Positions 32,720 through 42,707 of a DNA stretch of 48,292 bases are shown one piece after another. Under the pieces are notes generated by a model. The model ran no database searches. It was not told the DNA's origin and worked only from the letters and a program-made list of their open reading frames with translations. Within the stretch, counting starts at the first letter, position 1; each line of letters begins with the position of its first letter. The translations under genes were made by a program, and so were the position numbers. Source of the stretch: Candidatus Omnitrophota bacterium (lineage in GTDB: Bacteria > Omnitrophota > Gorgyraeia > Gygaellales > JBFMHM01); NCBI GenBank assembly GCA_040753015.1, contig JBFMHM010000008.1, forward strand, positions 11,154 to 59,445. The letters are read 5' to 3'.

Positions 32720-34065
32720 GAAATTTAGTTTTACTTATTATTATCGCAAGTTTTATATTCTTGTGGAATTTGGGTACGGGTAGCTTAAGTTCTTGGGATG
32801 AAGGATTATATGCTGAAGTGTCCAGAGAGATGTTTAACTCGGGTAATTTACTTAATCTAACTTGGGCAGGTCAGCCATGGTCTGACAAGCCTCCTCTTTA
32901 TATGTGGGTAACCGTGTTTTTCTATAAGCTTTTTGGTATAAATGAATTTTCTGTAAGATTGTTTTCGGCAATTTGTGGTATTGGAACAGTTATTATTGTT
33001 TATTTATTCGCAAATATGCTATATTCAAGAAGGGCTGCATCTGCCAGCGCTTTAATTCTTCTTTCAACATGGCATTTTTTGTGGGCTGGCAAGATTGGCA
33101 TGCTTGATGCAGCAATTACTTTTTTTATTACATTATCGCTTTTTTTATTTAAGCTTGGGGAGGAGAATCAACTCTATTTATTTTTTTCATGCTTAGTTTT
33201 CACCCTAGCATTTTTGACAAAGAGTTTTGCTGCGTTATTAATACCGTTAATTTTATTTTTTTATATTATTCTTACGAAAAAATTTAAACTTATTCTTCGC
33301 CCTGCTCTTTGGATTGGGGTAGTTATTTCTTTAGCTATCCTTGGATGGTGGCATCTGCAAGCATTTAGTAATTACGGTAAAGATTTTGTTGGGGGATATT
33401 TTATAAGAAATCTATTTACGCGTACCACTCAAGCCTTAGAAGGTCATAGCGGAACAATATTTACTTATTTGGAAGTTTTGCCGAATAAAGGTAGACCATG
33501 GGCAGCAATAGGGCTTTTTGCCTTGCTATATGCGATATGGAGAATGGTTATTAATAATCGAAATAAAGAGTTGATGCTTCCCGCAATATGGGCGCTTGTA
33601 GTATTAATAGTTTTTAGTGTTGTAAAGACTAAGCTTCATTGGTATATAGTGCCAATATATCCTGCCTTATCAATGCTAGTCGGTTGGGGAATGGCCAAGA
33701 TATTTAAAAAAATTACTGTATTTATTATAGTTATATTTACTTTAGCTTCTATTCTATATTTATCCGCCGATAAAAAAATATTTAATTTAGATTACTCTCC
33801 CGAGATTAAAAAAATCGCTATTACTGTTAGAAATATAATTCCAGAAAATAAAAGGATCTATCTCTATAATATCGGAGATCCAGGAATACAATTTTATTTT
33901 GGTGATATAAGAGAAAATATTGCAGCGCCAGAGATTTTAGAAAAATTAATGAAAGAAAAAAATAGATATTTTATTTTTGAGATAAATTATTTTGCATCAT
34001 TAGATAAGTTAAAATTTTTAAAAATTATTGAAACAAAAAATTTTGTCGTAGTTAAAACTAAATGA
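32698..34065 (+). CDS. Family 39 (ArnT/PMT-like) membrane glycosyltransferase
   Basis: Polytopic membrane protein with the N-terminal loop SSWDEGLYAEVSREM and KPPLYMW motif typical of ArnT/PMT enzymes. Follows the GT2 gene with an overlap. Confidence 0.7.
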   Translation: MEGIKTLRNLVLLIIIASFIFLWNLGTGSLSSWDEGLYAEVSREMFNSGNLLNLTWAGQPWSDKPPLYMWVTVFFYKLFGINEFSVRLFSAICGIGTVIIVYLFANMLYSRRAASASALILLSTWHFLWAGKIGMLDAAITFFITLSLFLFKLGEENQLYLFFSCLVFTLAFLTKSFAALLIPLILFFYIILTKKFKLILRPALWIGVVISLAILGWWHLQAFSNYGKDFVGGYFIRNLFTRTTQALEGHSGTIFTYLEVLPNKGRPWAAIGLFALLYAIWRMVINNRNKELMLPAIWALVVLIVFSVVKTKLHWYIVPIYPALSMLVGWGMAKIFKKITVFIIVIFTLASILYLSADKKIFNLDYSPEIKKIAITVRNIIPENKRIYLYNIGDPGIQFYFGDIRENIAAPEILEKLMKEKNRYFIFEINYFASLDKLKFLKIIETKNFVVVKTK

Positions 34066-35018
34066 AAAAAAATATATTTCTTTTATTATTGCTATTCTTT
34101 AATAATGTTTATGGTCAAGTGAGCGATCCCATTCAATATAATGAGATAGGTAATATTTATTTTTCTAAAGGTAAATATGAAGAAGCTATTATAAATTACA
34201 CGCATTCTTTAGAGCTTAATCCTAAATATACTGCTAGTCTATGTAATAGGGGCAGTGCATATTATAACTTAAGACAATTTAATGAGGCTATAAATGATTT
34301 TAATAAGGTAATTGAGCTTGAACCCGGTTTCCATTCCGGCATAGCTTATATATTCAGAGCAAGTTCATATCTTAACCTTGGGAAATTTGATAGGGCGATT
34401 GAAGATTATTCAAAGGCTATTGAGATAAATCCGCTTGATGCAAGATTTTATGCTGACAGGGCAAATGCGTATTATTTTAACGGCCAATATGATTTTGCAA
34501 AAATGGATTATGAGAAGGCGATCGAGCTTGACAAAAATGGGAAAACTGCAAAGTCTGCCCGTCAAAAATTGAATACAATGGTCAAACAAGGCGTAAGCAA
34601 AAATCTTTTAAATAGAATTGATTTTCTGAAAAGATCCTGGGCAAATGAATTAGACATGGCCGGATATAGGATAGCAGAAAAAAATTATAATGGTGCGCGA
34701 ATAAATATCCAAAATAGCATTAATCTTGCAGGATGTTTAAAACAAGAATTATTAACTAATAATTTATCTATTGATAAAGCTAGTGCAATGGAAAAACTTT
34801 CTTTAACTTATCAGAATTTAAATACCCTTTTTGAAAAGTTAGAAGGATCTTCAGATGTAGTTGATTTAATTGAAGTTAGGCAGTTAGTTTCAGAATCTTA
34901 TGAATATCTTGATGATGCCCAGCCAAAATTTCAGGATGCGCCTCTTTTGAAAAAGGTTTGCCAGGAGATAAGAAAAGGCTTAGACGGTATTTCATTACAG
35001 CTTCGCCAATTAAAATAA
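34062..35018 (+). CDS. Secreted TPR-repeat protein
   Basis: Signal peptide MKKNIFLLLLLFFNNVYG. Several 34-aa TPR units (AIINYTHSLELNPKY, AINDFNKVIELEP, AIEDYSKAIEINP, DYEKAIELD). Confidence 0.8.
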   Translation: MKKNIFLLLLLFFNNVYGQVSDPIQYNEIGNIYFSKGKYEEAIINYTHSLELNPKYTASLCNRGSAYYNLRQFNEAINDFNKVIELEPGFHSGIAYIFRASSYLNLGKFDRAIEDYSKAIEINPLDARFYADRANAYYFNGQYDFAKMDYEKAIELDKNGKTAKSARQKLNTMVKQGVSKNLLNRIDFLKRSWANELDMAGYRIAEKNYNGARINIQNSINLAGCLKQELLTNNLSIDKASAMEKLSLTYQNLNTLFEKLEGSSDVVDLIEVRQLVSESYEYLDDAQPKFQDAPLLKKVCQEIRKGLDGISLQLRQLK

Positions 35019-35022
35019 AAAT

Positions 35023-35589
35023 ATGCAGATTCTCGCCATAAATGGATCTCCTAGAATTAGAGGTAATACAGCTATATTGCTAGATAGAATTTTGGAAGGC
35101 GCTGAATCAAGAGGCGTGAAGATAGAAAAAATTAATCTTTCTGAATTAAAAATTAATTTTTGTAAAGAATGTGACACCGTAAGAATTGCCAGTTTGTGCA
35201 ATATGAAAGATGATATGCGTATTATTTTCAAAAAAATTAAACAGGCAGACGTGATAATAATTGGTTCTCCGATATTTTTTGGCAGTTTGACCGGTCAATT
35301 AAAAACGATGATAGATCGGTTCCAGTGTTTTTGGTTAGCAAAGTATATTTTTAAAAAAAATCTATTTAGAGATCATAAAAAAAGAATTGGGGTTTTTGTA
35401 AGTTGCTCCGCAGCTGAAAGGAAAGATTTTTTTTCTAATGCAAAAGCAATTATAAAGAATTTTTTTGCAACTATTTCTGTTGAGTACAAATATGAATTTT
35501 TTTGCGGCGGTATAGATAAAAAAGGGGATATTTTAGAGCATTCAGATATTATAAAAAAAGCTTTTGACTTAGGCAAGAGAATATCATAA
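35023..35589 (+). CDS. NADPH-dependent FMN reductase / iron-sulfur-flavoprotein-like flavodoxin-fold protein
   Basis: MQILAINGSPRIRGNT, IIIGSPIFFGSLTGQLK, and a Cys-containing segment FCKECDTVRIASLC. Confidence 0.7.
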   Translation: MQILAINGSPRIRGNTAILLDRILEGAESRGVKIEKINLSELKINFCKECDTVRIASLCNMKDDMRIIFKKIKQADVIIIGSPIFFGSLTGQLKTMIDRFQCFWLAKYIFKKNLFRDHKKRIGVFVSCSAAERKDFFSNAKAIIKNFFATISVEYKYEFFCGGIDKKGDILEHSDIIKKAFDLGKRIS

Positions 35590-35598
35590 ACTTAAAAT

Positions 35599-36573
35599 AT
35601 GGCAAAAAAAATAATTTTAACTGGCGGGGCGGGATTTATTGGAAGCTGTTTTCTTAGCAAGCTTAATCAAGAAGGTGAAAGTAATATTTTTGTTGTTGAT
35701 GAATTAGGGTGCGATTTAAAATGGAAAAACTTAGTAAATAAAAAATTTATAGATTATTTTGAGAAAAATGATTTTATTGGAGATCTTGCTTCTAAAATAA
35801 AAGCAAAAGATATCAAGGCAATTTTTCATATAGGTGCCTGCAGTTCTACAACTGAAAACAATGCTTCGTTTCTTATTAAGAATAACTATGAATATTCCAA
35901 AGCCCTTGCCAAGTTTGCATTAGATAACGATATTGATTTTTATTACGCAAGTTCTGCTGCCGTATATGGTAATGGCAGCTTCGGTTATTCCGATGATGAT
36001 ATAGCAACTTTAAAATTACGGCCTCTTAATATGTATGGTTATTCTAAGCTTATTTTTGATCAATGGGTAATTACTAATAAATTAACAAATAATTTTACCG
36101 GTTTTAGGTATTTTAATGTTTATGGGCCTAACGAATATCATAAAGAAGATATGAGGAGTATGGTGGTTAAGGCATACGAACAGATTAAAAAAGATAAAAA
36201 AATAAAATTGTTTAAATCTTATATGCCAGAATATAAAGATGGAGAACAAAAGAGAGACTTTATTTATATAAGAGATGTTGTTAATTTAATGTATCAGTTT
36301 TATGAGAAAAATAATGTTAAGGGGATTTTCAATATCGGGACCGGTATCGCAAGAACTTGGAATGATTTAGCAAAGGCGATATTTAAATCGCTTAACTTAG
36401 AATTAAATATCGAATATATTGATATGCCCAATATTTTAAAAGAAAAATATCAATATTTTACTCAGGCTGATTTAACTAAGCTTAAAAAATCTGGTATAAA
36501 ATATACGCCAACCGGTATCGAAGAGGGCGTTAAAGACTACGTTAATTATTTAAATACAGATAGTTTTATTTAA
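35599..36573 (+). CDS. hldD: ADP-L-glycero-D-manno-heptose 6-epimerase
   Basis: Collinear with E. coli HldD/RfaD: ILTGGAGFIGS, IFHIGACSSTTE, YASSAAVYG, NMYGYSK, GFRYFNVYGPNE, KRDFIYIRDV, FNIGTG, YQYFTQADLTKL. Confidence 0.9.
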   Translation: MAKKIILTGGAGFIGSCFLSKLNQEGESNIFVVDELGCDLKWKNLVNKKFIDYFEKNDFIGDLASKIKAKDIKAIFHIGACSSTTENNASFLIKNNYEYSKALAKFALDNDIDFYYASSAAVYGNGSFGYSDDDIATLKLRPLNMYGYSKLIFDQWVITNKLTNNFTGFRYFNVYGPNEYHKEDMRSMVVKAYEQIKKDKKIKLFKSYMPEYKDGEQKRDFIYIRDVVNLMYQFYEKNNVKGIFNIGTGIARTWNDLAKAIFKSLNLELNIEYIDMPNILKEKYQYFTQADLTKLKKSGIKYTPTGIEEGVKDYVNYLNTDSFI

Positions 36574-36575
36574 CC

Positions 36576-37295
36576 TTGCGTTTACAAGTATTTCTATCAA
36601 AATCAGGTATTTGCTCCCGCAGAAGCGCCCTAGAATTAATAAAGCAAGGGCTTGTTAGAGTTAATTCCGCTATCGTTACGGAACCGAGTACGCAAATCTA
36701 TCCGGAAAAAGACAGCGTAGAATTTAGAAATAATAAGGTTAGAATTAAGCGATTTACCTATATTTTATTGAACAAGCCAAAAAATGTTGTTACTACAAAA
36801 GAAGATAAATTTGCCAGTCGTATAGTAACTGATTTATTGCCAAAACAATTTTTCCATCTCAATCCTTGTGGCAGGCTAGATAAAGATACAACAGGGCTTT
36901 TGCTTTTAACTAACGACGGAGAGCTTATCTATCGCCTGACCCATCCAAGATTCGAAATTAAAAAAACATACTTTGTTAAAATTAAAGGACAGCTCAATAA
37001 TATTGAAAAACAATCTTTGGAAAAGGGGGTAGTTATTGATGGCAAAAAAACAGGCTTAGCAAAAATTAAAATTATCAATTCTTTTAAAGATGTTACAAGT
37101 TTAAATATAGAAATAAGAGAGGGCAGAAAACGTCAAGTCAGGCGAATGTTTTTAGCGGTTAACCATCCTGTTACTGAATTAAAGCGTATAAGAGAAGGCA
37201 GCTTAGAATTAGGTAATTTAGGCCCCGGCCAATGGAGATTTTTAAATAAAGATGAAATCAAGCAACTATACGAAGAAACAGGGTTGAATAATTAA
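36576..37295 (+). CDS. Pseudouridine synthase, RsuA/RluB family (S4 domain plus catalytic domain)
   Basis: S4-like N-terminus (RLQVFLSKSGICSRR) and catalytic motif GRLDKDTTGLLLLTNDG. TTG start. Confidence 0.85.
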   Translation: MRLQVFLSKSGICSRRSALELIKQGLVRVNSAIVTEPSTQIYPEKDSVEFRNNKVRIKRFTYILLNKPKNVVTTKEDKFASRIVTDLLPKQFFHLNPCGRLDKDTTGLLLLTNDGELIYRLTHPRFEIKKTYFVKIKGQLNNIEKQSLEKGVVIDGKKTGLAKIKIINSFKDVTSLNIEIREGRKRQVRRMFLAVNHPVTELKRIREGSLELGNLGPGQWRFLNKDEIKQLYEETGLNN

Positions 37296-37335
37296 TTACT
37301 TATGTTATAATTAAAAAAATAAAAAGGTGGAAAAT

Positions 37336-37923
37336 ATGAAAAAAATCGTACTTATAATTATGTTTTTATTTATTTTTTCTTCTTTTAGTTTTTCCGCAGA
37401 TGATCAGGAAGAATCAAAAAAGGGGATTTTAAGAGAGCTGGGGGTCTATGGGGGTTATGCCAAGGGCCATTTAGATAGGCAAGGGCCTTATCATGTTGCT
37501 CAAATGGGCTTAAGGTTTGGATTTGATATGAATCCTCTATTAGCAAAGATTCACTTAAAGCCCCCTATAGGTGAATTTGATTTTGTTATAGAGCCTTTTA
37601 TTAATCCTATAATTGATCCTCGTTCAAATGTTGAATTAGGTGCTGCTTTGATGTTCAAATATATGTTACCGTTATCAAAAAGATTTTCTATTTATGCAGA
37701 GTTTGGTGCTGCTCCGTCTTATTACACATTGCATACTCAAGAACAGTCTACCCAGTTTAATTTCATAGATCAAGCGGGTGGCGGATTTTATGTATTTTTA
37801 AAAGACGGGCTAGCTTTAAACGCTGGATATCGCAGGAGACACATGTCTAATGCTTCAATTAAGCGCCCTAATAGCGGCATAAATACCGATTCTTACTTAT
37901 TAGGCCTATCATATTTTAAATGA
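37336..37923 (+). CDS. Outer-membrane beta-barrel acyloxyacyl hydrolase (lipid A deacylase PagL-like)
   Basis: Signal peptide, alternating beta-strand pattern, H-x-S-N motif (RRHMSNASI), and a C-terminal aromatic residue context (LSYFK). Confidence 0.6.
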   Translation: MKKIVLIIMFLFIFSSFSFSADDQEESKKGILRELGVYGGYAKGHLDRQGPYHVAQMGLRFGFDMNPLLAKIHLKPPIGEFDFVIEPFINPIIDPRSNVELGAALMFKYMLPLSKRFSIYAEFGAAPSYYTLHTQEQSTQFNFIDQAGGGFYVFLKDGLALNAGYRRRHMSNASIKRPNSGINTDSYLLGLSYFK

Positions 37924-38837
37924 GCATCGTAGTTTTAGGTACCATTGCTTTAGATTCAGTTAAAACCCCTCAAGGTGCGCGAGAGCATATTTTAGGCGGT
38001 TCAGCTGCACATTTTTCAATGGCTGCACGGTTTTTTACTAATGTAAACCTAGTGGCAATCATCGGTGAAGACTTTCCTAAGAAACATATTAATTTTCTTC
38101 ATCAAAAAGGGGTAATTCTGACTTCGCTTATCAAATCAAAAGGCAAGACATTTCGTTGGCAAGGGGAATATAAGGGAGATTTAAATACTGCGCTTACTTT
38201 GGATACTGAATTAGGAGTTTTATCTATTTTCCGCCCAACGTTGACCAGCGAGCAAAAAAAAATTCAACATATATTTCTTGCAAACGTTGATCCCGATATT
38301 CAGGCGAATCTTTTAGATAAGATGCATTCTGCAAGATTAGTTGGTTTAGACAGTATGAATTATTGGATTCATAGTAAAAAAGCGTCCTTATTAGAATTAT
38401 TGAAACGCGTTGATATTTATGTTGCTAATGAACAGGAAGCGAAAGATTTATCCGGCGAGAATAATTTGATTAAGGCAGCAAAGAAATTGCATTCATTCGG
38501 GCCGAAAATGATTGTAGTTAAAAAGGGAGAACACGGAGTATTATTTTTTAGCAAGAAGCTGTTATTTATATTACCGGCTTATCCAGTCGAGAAGATTGTT
38601 GATCCTACCGGTGCGGGTGATACATTTGCAGGTGGATTTATGGGTTATCTTGCAAAGGTTAAAAGAATCAATCAAGAGAATATAAAAAAAGCCCTTTTAT
38701 ATGGGACTATCTTGGCTTCATTTAATGTCGAAGGATTTGGTTTAGCGAGAACAGCCCATGTTACGTTAGCTGATATTGAAAAGCGGGCAAAGATCTTTAG
38801 AAAGTTTATTGATACAGGAGAATATGCGAGTATTTAA
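37920..38837 (+). CDS. PfkB-family carbohydrate kinase
   Basis: N-terminal LGGSAAH-type motif and C-terminal DPTGAGDTFAGGF (PfkB signature 2). Confidence 0.8.
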   Translation: MSIVVLGTIALDSVKTPQGAREHILGGSAAHFSMAARFFTNVNLVAIIGEDFPKKHINFLHQKGVILTSLIKSKGKTFRWQGEYKGDLNTALTLDTELGVLSIFRPTLTSEQKKIQHIFLANVDPDIQANLLDKMHSARLVGLDSMNYWIHSKKASLLELLKRVDIYVANEQEAKDLSGENNLIKAAKKLHSFGPKMIVVKKGEHGVLFFSKKLLFILPAYPVEKIVDPTGAGDTFAGGFMGYLAKVKRINQENIKKALLYGTILASFNVEGFGLARTAHVTLADIEKRAKIFRKFIDTGEYASI

Positions 38838-39609
38838 AAGGATATTTCTTGTCTTCTTATTCATTCTTATTTTTTTGTTTATTACGACACTAATCTATGT
38901 TTATAATCATTATAATGTCCCGATATTAACCTATCACAGTATTAATAATTTTTATATAGGCACACCGGTTGTTAAATCAGAGAATTTTGAAAAACAGGTA
39001 AAATATCTACATGACCATAAATATAATGTGATTACACTTGATGAGCTGGTAGATAATATTAAAAATAATAAAAATATGCCTCGTGATACAGTTGTGATCA
39101 CATTTGATGATGGTTTTAAAGATAATTATAGCAATGCCTATCCGATTTTAAAGAAATATAAAATACCAGCAACAATTTTTTTAATTTCAAATTGTATTGG
39201 TAATAAATCAGAATATTTAACTTGGCAAGAAATAAATGAGATGCTAAAAGGCGGGGTATTTTTTGGCGGCCATACAAAAAATCATGTTTATTTACCAAAT
39301 GTAAGCTTGGCTGTTGCCTATCAAGAAATAAAGGGATCAAAAGAACAAATTGAGGCTAATACTGGCCAAGTGATTACGATGTTTTCTTATCCAGCAGGAG
39401 GATTCGATAATAATATAAAAAAAATAGTGGAGAAAGCTGGTTTTAAAGCAGCTTGCACAACTAATCGCGGTTATAATAAAGCGAGTTGTGATATTTTTGA
39501 GTTGAAACGGATAAAAGTTACTGATAAAGATGCTCAAAATTTACTTAAATTTCGCATGAAAATATCAGGATATTATGACGTTTTTCGTAGATTAAAAAAT
39601 CCATCATAG
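38824..39609 (+). CDS. Polysaccharide deacetylase (NodB/CE4 family), N-terminal membrane anchor
   Basis: VVITFDDGFKDNY (TFDDG motif), GGHTKNH and FSYPAGG. The ATG at 38824 gives an N-terminal TM helix and removes most of the overlap with the upstream gene. Confidence 0.8.
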   Translation: MRVFKRIFLVFLFILIFLFITTLIYVYNHYNVPILTYHSINNFYIGTPVVKSENFEKQVKYLHDHKYNVITLDELVDNIKNNKNMPRDTVVITFDDGFKDNYSNAYPILKKYKIPATIFLISNCIGNKSEYLTWQEINEMLKGGVFFGGHTKNHVYLPNVSLAVAYQEIKGSKEQIEANTGQVITMFSYPAGGFDNNIKKIVEKAGFKAACTTNRGYNKASCDIFELKRIKVTDKDAQNLLKFRMKISGYYDVFRRLKNPS

Positions 39610-39687
39610 GGAGCAACAGATAAAAAATTGTATTTACTTTATATATTTTTTTTGCTTTAATATTATCTTCATATTTAATATAAATTA

Positions 39688-40086
39688 ATGGAAAATAATG
39701 AACTTTTAAAGAAGCGGTATTTGATTTGGTTATATAAGACAACAAAAGAGTCTCTGGATAGAATTGATAGGAAGTTTACACAGTTAGATATCGACTATAG
39801 ATTTTTGCGGGATTTTAAAAAAGCAATAAAAAGGTATCCTGGGATAGAAAAGAATATCCGAGAATTCGATATTTATATAAAAAATAAGGAAAAAGAAGCT
39901 TTTTTAGAAAAATTTGAGGAAAGCTCCAAGAAAATAAACACAAATTATATTTTTTTACAATTAAAGATTTCAGCTGTTGAAAAAGAAATAACTAATATTT
40001 TTGGAAAAAAAATATTGAAAGAAATAAAAAAACTATATGAAGAAGAAATGATTAATCGTATTTTAAGTGAAAGAATGCATAGGTAA
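39688..40086 (+). CDS. Hypothetical Lys/Glu-rich helical protein
   Basis: ORF only. No motif recognised. Confidence 0.4.
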   Translation: MENNELLKKRYLIWLYKTTKESLDRIDRKFTQLDIDYRFLRDFKKAIKRYPGIEKNIREFDIYIKNKEKEAFLEKFEESSKKINTNYIFLQLKISAVEKEITNIFGKKILKEIKKLYEEEMINRILSERMHR

Positions 40087-40103
40087 ACAGAGAGAGGGAA
40101 AAT

Positions 40104-40376
40104 ATGTCAAAAGTAGGGAAAACTACTCATAAGTATTATAAGGAAACAGCTGGATTAAAAGTCTCTGGCGGCCAGATTGTTAAAGCTGGAACAATTTTAA
40201 CTAGAGAATCCGATAAATGGAAACCAGGAAAGAATGTTAAAGGCCAAGGCACGCTTTACGCACTGCATGCGGGTAAAATTTATTTTACAAAAAGGCGCGG
40301 CACTTATAGGACAAATAAGGCTTATACAATAATTAATGTTGAACCAGTGCTAAAACAGAGTCAAAAGCATAGCTAA
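40104..40376 (+). CDS. Divergent ribosomal protein bL27-like protein
   Basis: GLKVSGGQIVKAGTILTRE...KPGKNVKGQGTLYALHAGKIYF...INVEP is collinear with the bL27 core (GVK.FGG..V.AG.II.RQRGT...PG.NVG.G.D.TLFA...G.V.F). The conserved AHKK..GS..NGRDS N-terminus and the RQRGT motif are absent. Confidence 0.5.
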   Translation: MSKVGKTTHKYYKETAGLKVSGGQIVKAGTILTRESDKWKPGKNVKGQGTLYALHAGKIYFTKRRGTYRTNKAYTIINVEPVLKQSQKHS

Positions 40377-40378
40377 CA

Positions 40379-41695
40379 ATGTTGCTTGAAAAGATTACCG
40401 ATTCTTATATTAAGCATAGTGGCCCAGAGCGGCTTGCAAGAAATTATAGGGCAACAAATTATAGACTTCTTGAAGCAAGAGCAAATGTATTATTTAGAGA
40501 GCTTGTTATTTATGCAGCGAAATTTTCGCCTTTCTATAGGCGAAAATTTGAAGAGTTTAAAATTAACCCTTATCAAGTAAAACATCCTTTGGATTTAGGA
40601 GATTTTTATACCACGCCAGAAGATATTGTTCGTAATCCAAAGGAGTTTATTTGCCAGCCTCCTTATATTGTATTTGAATCATCAGGTACAACTGGTAAGA
40701 ATAAAGAAATCTATTATTCGCTTAAAGAGCTTAAGGATATTGGTAGGTTTGTTGCCGCTGGTTTTCATATGTGGGGCATAGATAGAAATGACCGTATTGC
40801 TAATGCATTTGATTTTTCGATTTGGATTCCTGGTAGGATTTTTCAAGAAGGGCTTGATGCGGCAAATATTTTTAATTTAAATTTTAGTAAAGTTGACCCG
40901 CAAGAAGTTTATAACCGTTTGGGAAATTATAAGTTTAATGTAATTTTAGGAGAGCCAACATGGCTTATCCGTTTAACAGAAATTGCCGAAAAAAAAGGGG
41001 CATTTCCTTTAAAACTTATGATTGGAAGTGCTGAAGGCATGCCACAGGCTGCGCGGCCTTGGATAAAAGAAATTTGGCAGGGGGCGGGTGTAATTATGGC
41101 TTATTCTTCAGTTGAATCAGCCCTTGCTTTAGGTGTTGAAGTAGATACTAAGTGTGATGCCTATCATATTGATGATGTGAATTTTTACTATGAAATTATA
41201 AATAAAGATGCTGATGGTTTTGGTGAGGTTACTTATTCAACCTTAACGCGTCGTACGATGCCCCTAATTCGATATCGTAACAGAGATATATCTAGTTTGA
41301 ACGAGAGGGTTTGTGCTTGTGGTTTAAAAACTAAGATGCTTTCGCGGATACGGGGCAGAATTGATGAAATGATAATTGCTTCAGGCGGTAATTTATATCC
41401 TCTAATGTTTGAAAAGATCTTAGATGATATAGAAGGTATTACTAAAGATTGGCAGGTAGTATTTAAATTAAACGGCTATCGCGAGGTAATGGAGATAAAT
41501 GTTGAGGCCAGCAGTAAATTTGATTCTCTAAAAGAAAAAGTATTTAATAATATGAAAACCTATTATCCTGATCTTTGGAAAAATTACAATATAGGTATTT
41601 TTGATATTGATTTTATTTGGAATACGCCGGGTGAACTAAGAAAAAATAAAAGAAAATTGAGAAGGTTGGTAGATGAAAGATGCAAGGCACTTTAG
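40379..41695 (+). CDS. Adenylate-forming enzyme, phenylacetate-CoA ligase / CapK / F390-synthetase family
   Basis: FESSGTTGKNKEIYYS (P-loop-like AMP motif), GSAEGM, PLIRYRNRDIS...CACGL...RIRGRIDEMIIASGGNLYP, as in PaaK-type ligases. Confidence 0.75.
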   Translation: MLLEKITDSYIKHSGPERLARNYRATNYRLLEARANVLFRELVIYAAKFSPFYRRKFEEFKINPYQVKHPLDLGDFYTTPEDIVRNPKEFICQPPYIVFESSGTTGKNKEIYYSLKELKDIGRFVAAGFHMWGIDRNDRIANAFDFSIWIPGRIFQEGLDAANIFNLNFSKVDPQEVYNRLGNYKFNVILGEPTWLIRLTEIAEKKGAFPLKLMIGSAEGMPQAARPWIKEIWQGAGVIMAYSSVESALALGVEVDTKCDAYHIDDVNFYYEIINKDADGFGEVTYSTLTRRTMPLIRYRNRDISSLNERVCACGLKTKMLSRIRGRIDEMIIASGGNLYPLMFEKILDDIEGITKDWQVVFKLNGYREVMEINVEASSKFDSLKEKVFNNMKTYYPDLWKNYNIGIFDIDFIWNTPGELRKNKRKLRRLVDERCKAL

Positions 41696-42375
41696 TTTGT
41701 TTTGGAGATAGTTTTACAAAAGGAAAAGTATTTGATTTAAAAGATAAAGATTTTAGAATAACCGCAAAAAATTTCCCGAACCTTCTGGCAAGAGGGTTGC
41801 CTTTAATTAAAGTTATAAACGCAGGGGTTAATGATAATACGACTTTCGATGCTCTAAATAGAATAGAAAAAGATGTCTTAGCAAAAAATCCAAATTATGT
41901 ATTAATATTATTTGGCGGTAATGATGTAAGGATCGATTGGTTTAAATTGATTATAAGCGGCTTCAGAGATCCTAAATCAAAAGTAAGCTTGAAAGATTAT
42001 AGAGTAAATTTGATAAAAATGGTTTCTATCCTAAGAAAAAATACAATTTTACCTATTCTTGTTACTCTCCCGCCAATTGATACAAGCCAGTTTTTAAAAA
42101 GATTAAGCATTGCTTTTGGCACAAGGATAATTTCTATTATAAAGAAACACAGCGGCGGAAAGAGAATCAAGTGCACTTATGCCAAATATAATGATGCTAT
42201 TAAAACTATTGCAAAAAATACTAAAGTCCCTATAATTGATTTAAGAAGAGAGATGTTGAAGTTTAAAAATTGGCAGGATTTTTTAAGCCAAGACGGTGCG
42301 CATCCTAGTACTAAAGGGCATGCGTTTATGGCAAAAATTATCGCTGATAGTTTGAATAAATTGATATTTAAGTAG
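41680..42375 (+). CDS. SGNH/GDSL-family hydrolase
   Basis: Block I FGDSFTKG, block II AGVNDNT, block III FGGND, block V DGAHPS. Confidence 0.8.
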   Translation: MQGTLVCFGDSFTKGKVFDLKDKDFRITAKNFPNLLARGLPLIKVINAGVNDNTTFDALNRIEKDVLAKNPNYVLILFGGNDVRIDWFKLIISGFRDPKSKVSLKDYRVNLIKMVSILRKNTILPILVTLPPIDTSQFLKRLSIAFGTRIISIIKKHSGGKRIKCTYAKYNDAIKTIAKNTKVPIIDLRREMLKFKNWQDFLSQDGAHPSTKGHAFMAKIIADSLNKLIFK

Positions 42376-42390
42376 AGTTATATCCTTTAC

Positions 42391-42419
42391 TTGACATAAA
42401 AAACGCTTTATTATAAAAT
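42391..42419 (+). promoter_or_regulatory. Sigma70-type promoter (TTGACA-17 nt-TAAAAT) ahead of the ACP gene
   Basis: TTGACA at 42391-42396 and TAAAAT at 42414-42419. AAGGAGG lies 5 nt before the ATG at 42448. Confidence 0.5.
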
Positions 42420-42447
42420 ATTTGCATTTATAAACCTAAGGAGGTTT

Positions 42448-42702
42448 ATGTTGACAGAGTTGTCAATTGAAAATGAATTAAAATCGCTTATTTCGGAGAT
42501 TGCCGAAGTTGAGTTAAATAAGGTTAACTGTGATGCATCTTTAACTAAAGATTTAGGCGTTGATTCAATGCGCGCTTTAGAGCTTTTGGCTGCTTTAGAA
42601 AAGAAATATAAAATAGAGATCGCCGAGGAAGACCTGCCGAAGCTTGACAAATTAGGCACAGTTGTTGAGTTAGTAAAAAAATACCTTGCCGAGAAAAGTT
42701 AA
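42448..42702 (+). CDS. acpP: Acyl carrier protein
   Basis: DLGVDSMRALEL phosphopantetheine-attachment motif (DS). 84 aa. Confidence 0.9.
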   Translation: MLTELSIENELKSLISEIAEVELNKVNCDASLTKDLGVDSMRALELLAALEKKYKIEIAEEDLPKLDKLGTVVELVKKYLAEKS

Positions 42703-42707
42703 GTAGT

